Below are positions 56,201-64,000 of a stretch of 64,000 nt of DNA, one piece after another. Numbering within the stretch: position 1 is the stretch's first letter; the number at the start of each line of letters is the position of its first letter. Below the pieces are notes generated by a model. That model had not been told where the DNA came from. It saw only the letters and a program-made list of their open reading frames with translations, and made no database searches. Origin of the DNA: Thecamonas trahens ATCC 50062. Lineage: Eukaryota; Protista; Apusomonadida. The position numbers and the translations under genes were made by a program. The stretch is taken from NCBI RefSeq assembly GCF_000142905.1, contig NW_013657664.1, positions 474,445-538,444 of the forward strand, written 5' to 3'.

Positions 56201-57304
56201 TGGGCCAAGCCGCTGGCCGGCAGCGACGGAACGTAAACTGGGTACGTGGTCGGCAGGGCGACTCCGCGGCTTCCGTCGCCGGCGACGTAGTACAAGGTGC
56301 CACCAGCATCGGGCCCGGAGAGGACAGAGTAGAGGTAACGGGAGGGATCGTCAGCCGGATCATGTGCAGTAAGGTTGACGATGGCAAAGGTGTCCTCAAG
56401 GAGGGCAACAGAGGCGTTGCCGGGAATGGGCGCAATGTTGTACGGCCCAACTGCAAGGTTTGCGGCGACTTGAGTGGGCGAGAGTTCCCAGCCGTAGACA
56501 GCGAGAAGGTAGACCGAGCCAAACCAGTTTCGGACGCCGTCGCGGCGGGCGCCGATGGAGATCTGCAGGGTGGAGAGCGCAGCAGACCAGGCTGCGACAA
56601 ACGAGCCCCGATGGGCGAGGCCGAGGGCTGAGCAGCGCAGTTGACGGCGGTGCCGTTGATGGTGAGGGCGAGCGGGCGGGTCTGTTCGCCGGGATAGCTT
56701 GCGACGACGTGGTACAGCTCGCCAGCGACAAGCGAGGCACCAGGCGAGACGCAAGTGACGCACGCTGCGGCTGTCAATGTGTCCTTGTCAAGGACGGTGA
56801 ACTCGAGGGTGTCGCCGCGCTGCAAGATCTGGAAGGCGCGGAAGGTCTGAGCGGTCGGCCCGCAGTCGGCCTCGACCGAGGTCGAGATGCCAGAGGCCTG
56901 GACTGGCGAGGCGAGGACGGCCGAGGTAGCAGCAGGGCGAAACCAGAGCTCGACGGAGAAAGCTGTGCCATTGCCAAAGCTCGGAAGGAGGGTGTCGAAC
57001 GAGGCCGTGGTGATGAGCGGGGCGGAGCAGTTTGACGGCGGGCAGGTGGTGTTGAGGACCACACCGGCCGGCTCCGGGCCAGGGTGGTAGCCGCGCGACC
57101 AGTCGAGGGCAAAGTCCGCAGAGGCCGTGCCGTAGTTGGCAAACGCAGTGGGGCCGGAGCAGTGACGGATGTCGAGGCGTTGAGCGGGAGGAGGACGAGG
57201 GCGCCAGGGGTACGGTCGGAAGGGAGACCGTGGGCCGGAGCCGGACCGAGGCCAGCCGTCACAGCTAGCGCGAGGACAAGTAGCACACGGTGCTCGCGCC
57301 ACAT
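53207..57304 (-). CDS. Large type-I membrane adhesin-like protein (signal peptide, LamG-like, cadherin-like/Ig repeats, TM, acidic tail); frame breaks at ~57152, ~56608, ~53850
   Basis: MWREHRVLLVLALAVTAG; FSVELWFRP, YHVVASY; LLEDT, YQPPLHYSGTERWSWTVSDG, VDDRP; TM WTIILAAIGSVLLCLCIFALCLFL. Confidence 0.75.
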
Positions 57305-57505
57305 GTGTGAGGGAAGGGTGGTAGGCGGCGGAGTGGTAGGGGAGAGGGAGGGGAGTGTGTCGTGGTGCGGGAGTAAGGGAGGCAGGTGGCGGGGTGCGGG
57401 AAGCTGAGAGCGGGGGGAGCGGGGGTGCAAAGGAACACGACAGCAAAGTTGCAAGGCTGGCGGGCAGGAGGGAGAGTAGCCGCCGGGCGAAGTAAGAGCA
57501 GGAAT

Positions 57506-60500
57506 TTACACGCCATCATGATGACGACGACGGGACCGACAAGGCCAGTGACGTTGAAGATGATGGCGTAGATGACGACGATGACGGCGACGATGATGAA
57601 GCTGAGCGCGAGTACGGGGGGCAGAACAGGACGAAACAGAGGCCGACGACGTAGATGATTGCGGCCGTGATTGCACAACAGACGAAGATCCAGGAGTAGT
57701 GTGCATGGATTGACGAGATGGCACGTGGGGAGCGGAATTCGTGAGCGGAGGGTGACGACGAGGAGTGCGCGGGCGGGCATGACCCGACTTGAGCTTCTTG
57801 CTCCTGCCAGAACGAGGGCCATCTGGGCGCGGCAAAACGCGGCGAGCGCTACGGGCGCGAGAGGCCAGACGTGCGGCACGATCGGCACGTTCGCGGAGAT
57901 ATGCCTGGTGCATGGCGGACTTGTCGTCGGCGCGAAGGCGCTCTTGAGAGGATGACGAAATGTTCGGGCCGGAACAGCTCATTGAGGTGACGCCCGAGAC
58001 GTGATGGTCATTGCCGGCAACGGGATCAGCACTGGGACCAGGAGCGTATCCAGCGCGCTCAAGTGCAGCAGTTTCCTCGGCGGAGAGGAACAGCGAATCT
58101 GAACGCATGATGGCGGGAGAAACTTCGGGTGAGGACCGAAATAGTGAGGGTGAATACATCGGCGACGGCGGGGAAGCGAGTCCATGGCGAGGAGGGCCGC
58201 GGGAGCGGACACGTCCACGCTGTCTGGATGATCCTGTGGTCTTGGTGGAAATCGAGAGGTGGCTGGAGGTGGCCCAGCCGAGAGAGATGCCTGATGTAGA
58301 GGCAACGAGCGGCGAATGTGTCTCGCCAGGAGTGGGGATGGGTTGGACGGCGGTCAAGCGCCGGCAGCAGGTCAGACAGGGGAGAGTATCGCGCGGTATG
58401 GAACTGTGCGGCGAGACTATCCACATGATGACGGCAAAGCAGAGGAGTAAAATAACAAAGATGGCATAGGATATGCCATCTACGTGTTCGAGAGCCAAAG
58501 TGGCGACAAAAGCGGTGCCAGCCGCGACGAGTCCAGCACCAAGTGCGGCGGCGGTGGAAACGGCGAGGCGGGACGACGAGAACGGGGCCTTGATGGACAG
58601 AGCGCCACCAAGAAGAATTGTGGTGCCACATACAAGGGAGAACTGGAGCCCGGGATCGGTGGTCAGAAAGACCTCAATGGCGGCTAGGACGAGTAGGAAG
58701 GGCAGAAATGCGACCGAGCCCCACCAAGTAGAAAAGCCCGCGTCCGCAAGGATGACAACGCGGGTAGCTGGCGACGACGAGTCCAAGCTGCTGTCACCAG
58801 CCATGACGCTTGGAAACCAGTAGTAGAGCATAGCGGCGACACAAATGGTTGAAGTTGTGACGTGGACAGTGAGGAGACCAGCGGAAAGTACGAGAATGGT
58901 GGTATGGGCCGCAGAGAAGCAGGTGATCGAGGGTTCTCTGGCCAGCTGAAGCCGAGACGAGAGCTGGGAAGGGACGCAGTGCAATCCTGCAAGGGAGAGT
59001 CGGGCCGACTGGAAGAAGAAAAGGATGATCGACTGGGTTGCGATCTGGCCGGCGCGGCCGGCGTACCAAGACGTGGGCGCAGGCGATCTGACGGTGACAG
59101 AGCAACATGCGGCGAGGGCAATGACCGCCAGGAGAGCGAGTGTACCGCCTACGGCGACAACTGTGTGCCAAACGAGTTGGGACTCGAGCGAAGACGCACC
59201 TAGGCATGCAGGTTGAAGAAAGGAGTTAAAGTCCCCAGCGGAGAGCGCCAGGACGCGGTAGAGTGTGGCTAGAGGCTCGGAGAGAGAAGAGGAGACCGCC
59301 ATCCTGCAGGCGTACACCAGCTGCAGCACACGCGCAGCTAGCATGATGATAGAGAAGCGAGCATCCGAGGCCCATACCGTTGCAAGAAGGGCAGCAGCAG
59401 CGACGAGGACGCAGAAGACAGACAGGGGTACTGCGACGAGCACGGCGTCAGGACAAGTACGACAGATACGCCCAGTGCGGTAGGCACCCGGTGCACAGGA
59501 TGTACACATCGGGCCAACATAGTTGGGGCCACATGGCGAGAAGCGACCGCCTCGGCACCGATCGCGGGCAGGAGCAGGACAAGCGAGAATGATGGCAGAC
59601 GGCTCAGAAGGCGACCAGTACCCAGGAACGGGCCAAACTCGGTCACCGCCAGGACATATACCGTTGGCAGGACATGAGTGGCATTCTCCGTGCGCGGCAT
59701 AGAGGCCGCCCTCTGCGCAGATGCTCGAGTAGTAGATGTCAAAGGTGACGAGGATGCCGTCGGGGTGACGAAGGAGCAGCTGTGCGTAGCCGTCAGCAGG
59801 GCGCGCGGGAGCGGTAAACTTGGCATGATCATGGGAGATTACATGCAGTTGAACAGGAGTGGAGTCGAGAAAAGCAGCCATGGTGTTGGGGAAGTCAGAC
59901 CCCCAAACATGGACATCGACGCCACCGCCGAGGGGGACAAGGTCGGGCACAACGGTGGCGAGCCCAAAACCGCGAGTCCCAAAGCTACCGCGGCCGGGTA
60001 TGTCCGGTTCAGAGAACGATGGTCTGGGTAGCAAGCCTCTGCTTCCCCATTCCACGGTAGCCAGAATGCGCGAGGAGGAGGTAGGTGCGACGGCTGTTGG
60101 GTTGTTGCCGAGGAGTTGTTCGACTCCACCCAGGACGAGGACGAGGCCGGGGTCGGCGGGGGCCGATAGGGTGAGGACATGTGCCGAAGGCTGTGGCATA
60201 GCAACCGGGTGAGGGTCACGACCGAGAGTGACCGCGGGGCATGGCACAGGGAGGAGGGATTGCGAGGTATCGCGGTGACCAACAGCAAGCTCAAAGCATG
60301 CCACGCGGGCCCACACCCTTCCTGACGCAGCAGGAGGAGCTGGTGTGGAGCATCCGACCTGAGGCGGTAGCTGTCAGCCGCGATAAAAACGTGTGAGTGG
60401 TGCGCAAAAAACGGTTGTGTGGAGCGGGAGTGGTGGGTCACAAACGTACCCAAAACGACGGGACGATGTATGGCGACACTCGGGAGGGTGCCTTGGAACA

Positions 60501-60654
60501 CGGTGGGAGCTTGGAGTCTACCACCATGGTCATGCATAAGGTGAGAGTGACCAAGGCCAGCCAATGCAGCATAGCCATGTGAGAGGAGTGGGTGCAAGTG
60601 GCTCTTGAACAAGTAGAGTCGCCCAGATTGCGGGGTTTGCCAAGTTGGCGTCAC
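57506..60654 (-). CDS. IPT/TIG + Cys-rich + multi-pass TM surface protein; 5' part disrupted or unresolved
   Basis: VVPDLVPLGGGVDVHVWGSDF (IPT), CPGG...PGYW...C...GPMCTSC, then many hydrophobic helices and a Ser/Arg-rich tail; ORF firm for 57506-60316. Confidence 0.65.
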
Positions 60655-60682
60655 GCACAGTATATCCTGAGGCCACTACCTT

Positions 60683-61201
60683 TCACAGGTTGGGGTGGGT
60701 GCGGATCACGACCAGGCGAAGGAAAGGCGAAAGCCATGCGCTGCGCAACTGGTGCGGGTAGAAGAAGAGGGCGGCATGGGAAGATAACCATAAAACAGCA
60801 CAGCCCACCACCACCATCCCCGCCATGAGAAGAACAGACGGAAACGCGATTAGATAGGGCAGCTGCGGATCGGTAAATTGGTATAATTGGCTATTGAGGC
60901 GGCCAGTAGCCAAGATGGCAAAACTGACCGCGGGTGGTGCTCGGAGAGCAGCTGCGGAATGGGCCAAGGGGGCTGTGCCGAGCGTAGCGATGGCCAGGAG
61001 AGTACTTGACCACAGCGACGACAGCGACGCCATTGAGACAACCGCGACTTGCGTATCAAGCGCAGACAGCTCATTGGCTGCGTTGCATGCTTCCAGACTC
61101 GCCCACAACGGCAGCAGCACCGCCCGCACCGCCTCGTCGTGTACAGCCACATTGGGCAGCTCGTGTAGAGCGTACACAGCTGCGTCGTGGTTCAACGTCA
61201 T
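60683..61201 (-). pseudogene. Coding-like fragment, possibly the broken upstream part of the 57506-60654 gene
   Basis: Protein-like composition, no ATG start, truncated next to the TPR fragment. Confidence 0.35.
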
Positions 61202-61221
61202 ATTGGTGGCGGTCGAGGCGC

Positions 61222-61415
61222 TAGGACAAGCTCGATGAGGCCGAGGCGACGTACATGAGGGCGCTGGACATCATGCAGGCCAAGCTGAGACTGGATGCAC
61301 TGGACGTGGCGACCACGCTCAACAACCTGGCGGGTGTGTACTGGGCGCAGAACAAGCTGGATGAGGTCGAGGCGACGTGCATGTGGGCGCTGGACATCAG
61401 GCAGGCCAAGGTGGG
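61222..61415 (+). pseudogene. TPR (42-aa, kinesin-light-chain/NPHP3 type) gene fragment
   Basis: *DKLDEAEATYMRALDI...VATTLNNLAGVYWAQNKLDE; 1.5 repeats with 126-bp period and an in-frame TAG. Confidence 0.75.
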
Positions 61416-62869
61416 ATCGGTTTGGATTGCGATGGACGTCGATGGAGACGATGGCTTGGGATTGGAAGAGGAGCCAGACCGCTGCACTCTAGCCCACCCA
61501 CTGCATCGCTTATCGCTCGCCCTTGCCTTCTCTTGTTCTTCCTCGTCCTGGCCAGCTCACAGGCCTCGTCGTCTGGCTCGGTGATCGGCAGCAGCAGCGG
61601 CTGGCGATGAGCAGGCCGGCGGGGGCTGTGATGGGCAAGGCCGGAGGAGGGAGGGGAGAAGTGGGTTGGAGGGCAGACTGGTAGGCATTGCCATTGCTGT
61701 GGCTATCCGCATGCATAGTCTCCAATGCTCTGTCGATAGCTAGCTTGCTCTCGGTGGTGCCGGCGGTGGTCGATGGGCGACGGGCGGCGGTCGGCGGCGA
61801 GTAGCAGACGGCCGGCAGCCATGCTGTTGACGGGATGGCGTCGGCTGATGTGCGTATCGGCGGGCAGGGAGTGGGCGGCTATGTTTTCAGGCATGATAGG
61901 TATGTGTGGTGTGGATGTGGTGGTTGTGGGTGAGGATGGTGGGGAGTGGGGGTCGTAGATGGGCCCAGGGAGGGGGGGTCAGCAGCATCGAAACGACACC
62001 AGGACAACAACTTGGGCCTCGGGTGGCGGAACTCGGATTCCGGAATACTGCAGCTGTGGATTGGATACTGTGCGAGGAGGTAGTGTGTGTATGTATTAGG
62101 GTAGTAGTGAAATCAGATTGGGTATAGCTGGTAATGAGTGTGATGGGGGGCATGTGCGGGGTCGGGCGGTCGAGGGCGTGCTCAACCGCCTTGGCAAAAC
62201 AAGCCGACGCGGAAATGAGCCGAGGTCGATGGGAATCGATGACGGCGATACTGGCACTGGTGCTAGTGTGGGGTGAGTGATAACCTTAGGTGTGGTCGAG
62301 GGTTGTGTAGCTGGTGGTGGGTGGGAGCTAGGTGGTGATGAAGGTGGGCCTGATCGGGCGAGCGGGAGGCGGCTGGCGTCTGGTGAGCGACGAGGCAGGG
62401 GCAGCAGAGGGGGCTGGGTCGGGGCTGGGTGGCTTGAGATTTCTGTTGGTTGGAGGATCGCCAGTATGACTTGTGATGGTTGAGGGATGGCGGTGTCGGG
62501 GTCGGGGGAGAGGATGGGGGTGAGGTAGAGTGGGGAGAGGAGGAGGAGGAGGAAGAAGGGAAGCGGAGTGCGCGATGGGATAGTGGTGGGCATGGCCAAG
62601 GCCTTTGGGTGGGGGCTGTGGCTGTGATGATATTGATTGTGGTGGAGTAGGGAGTGAGGGTGGTGGTTGGTGGTGATAGGGCGTAATGAGTATGGTAGGG
62701 GGGGATGAGGGGGATCGTGACGTGGGAGGCGGGACTGGCGAAGGGGTGGTGGGTATGGCGATTGGGCTTGCAGATTGATGTGGGTGGGTGAGATGAGGAT
62801 GGTGGATGTGTGTGGGGTGTGGACGATACGGGCGGCGGGTACTTGGCCGGCAGAGGGAAGGCGGCGGAC

Positions 62870-63670
62870 GTTAATTGAGTTGAACGTTGAAACAATTGAG
62901 GAAAAGTCGGAACCAGCATCAAACGAGGCAATGACGACCACAACAACAACCAAAGATCATACATGGCTTGCACAGCACACGTATAAGTAAGCCAACAGGG
63001 ACTGGACAAAGCTAGCAGGCAATGGGATGGACTCGGGTGAAAGTTCAGGTCGATAAGGCAGCGCGCGGTTGATTGATCAGATCTGCAGATCAACCATGAC
63101 CACGACACAACAGAGTCAACACGAAATACATTGCATGCACACCTTTTGACCACGACAACCGACAACAAAGTTGAGAATCGATAGTGTAGTGAGCAAGGGC
63201 CGAAGATGGATGTGGAAGTCAAGGTCGAAGAAAACAGGAGAATCAAGAACAATTGAAGCATAACAAATAAAGATACAAAGCAACAACACGAGCGAAAGGA
63301 ATGATGAATAGGAATGAATGTCGATTGTAGTCAACCATCAAAGGCAAGAGCAACCACAGCAGAACATGAAGGCCGACAATAGCAACAACAAAGCATGTAG
63401 AAACATAAACGGCAACGAACAAGGAACATGGATAGCCAACAAGAAAAGAAACGGAAGGAATCGAATGATCAATTGACAATGATCAATGACATTCAATTGA
63501 ACGTCAAACAATCAAACGAATGACGAGTGGCGAATCATGAAAATGTTGAATGACATTCATGTCACCCACCAACCCGCACATGCGACTCAGACGAACGAGT
63601 AACACCGGCAAGTGTCAATGGGGGGATGGGGATTGTGAATCACCATCAAAGAATCAATTCAGGCCCATGA
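62870..63670. other. A-rich, low-GC subtelomeric segment
   Basis: Abrupt compositional shift from the GC-rich surroundings; no credible ORF. Confidence 0.6.
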
Positions 63671-63819
63671 ACAGCCATGCACACGGTGGGGTGGAGGATG
63701 AGTGTGGTGGCGTGGATGGGAATGTGGATGTGGGTCATGCATGGGACGGGAAGGGGTGGCAAGGGGGCAGTGAGTGGCAAGTGGAGTGCGTGGTGGTCGG
63801 TGGGGAGGAATGGAGTGGG

Positions 63820-63868
63820 GCTAGGGTTGACGAGGCATCAGCTAGGGTTGACGAGGCATCAGCTAGGG
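63820..63868 (+). repeat. Telomere-junction 21-bp repeat GCTAGGGTTGACGAGGCATCA x2 plus partial
   Basis: Seen directly. Confidence 0.9.
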
Positions 63869-63927
63869 TTAGGGTTAGGGTTAGGGTTAGGGTTAGGGTT
63901 AGGGTTAGGGTTAGGGTTAGGGTTAGG
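63869..63927 (+). repeat. Telomeric repeat (TTAGGG)9 + TTAGG
   Basis: G-strand runs toward the window end. Confidence 0.93.
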
Positions 63928-64000
63928 TAGGTAGGTAGGTAGGTAGGTAGGTAGGTAGGTAGGTAGGTAGGTAGGTAGGTAGGTAGGTAGGTAGGTAGGT
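63924..64000 (+). repeat. (TAGG)n array distal to TTAGGG
   Basis: About 19 perfect units to the end of the window. Confidence 0.9.

Noticed and set aside
62096-63261. Subtelomeric ORFs or telomeric retrotransposon
   Set aside because: Low-complexity translations; no RT, endonuclease or gag motifs
1-64000. tRNA/rRNA genes, transposases, alternative genetic code
   Set aside because: None recognised by eye; conserved genes translate and end normally with TAA, TAG and TGA

Overview
Eukaryotic, GC-rich, gene-dense and intron-poor nuclear DNA from a flagellated protist. Gene content, codon style and TTAGGG repeats suggest an apusomonad such as Thecamonas; this is inference and was not verified. 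The window ends in a telomere-like array at the right, (TTAGGG)9 followed by (TAGG)n, and has one 100-N gap. About 22 genes: Rap1 (plus a partial duplicate), RPL15, vasohibin-like, NDOR1, CCS, a secreted protein, two LRR proteins, dynein-1 LIC, a WW-like protein, a DAGK-family kinase, a PIG3-like oxidoreductase, anoctamin, a putative Ig-fold transcription factor, a TRF-like telomere protein, a 13-kb dynein-2 heavy chain, SHLD2-like, ATG16, an ankyrin/degenerate-kinesin fusion, a PD-(D/E)XK nuclease, a SAP-PARP3-like protein and two large surface proteins. Highlights: an apparent shieldin SHLD2 homolog and a TRFH+Myb TRF in a protist; a CCS that keeps a complete Cu/Zn-SOD active site; two microtubule pseudoenzymes; introns with candidate branch points about 70-300 nt upstream of the 3' AG; and eight frame breaks that all need one extra base (most likely homopolymer under-calls). 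All homology calls are by eye from remembered family motifs; no searches were run.
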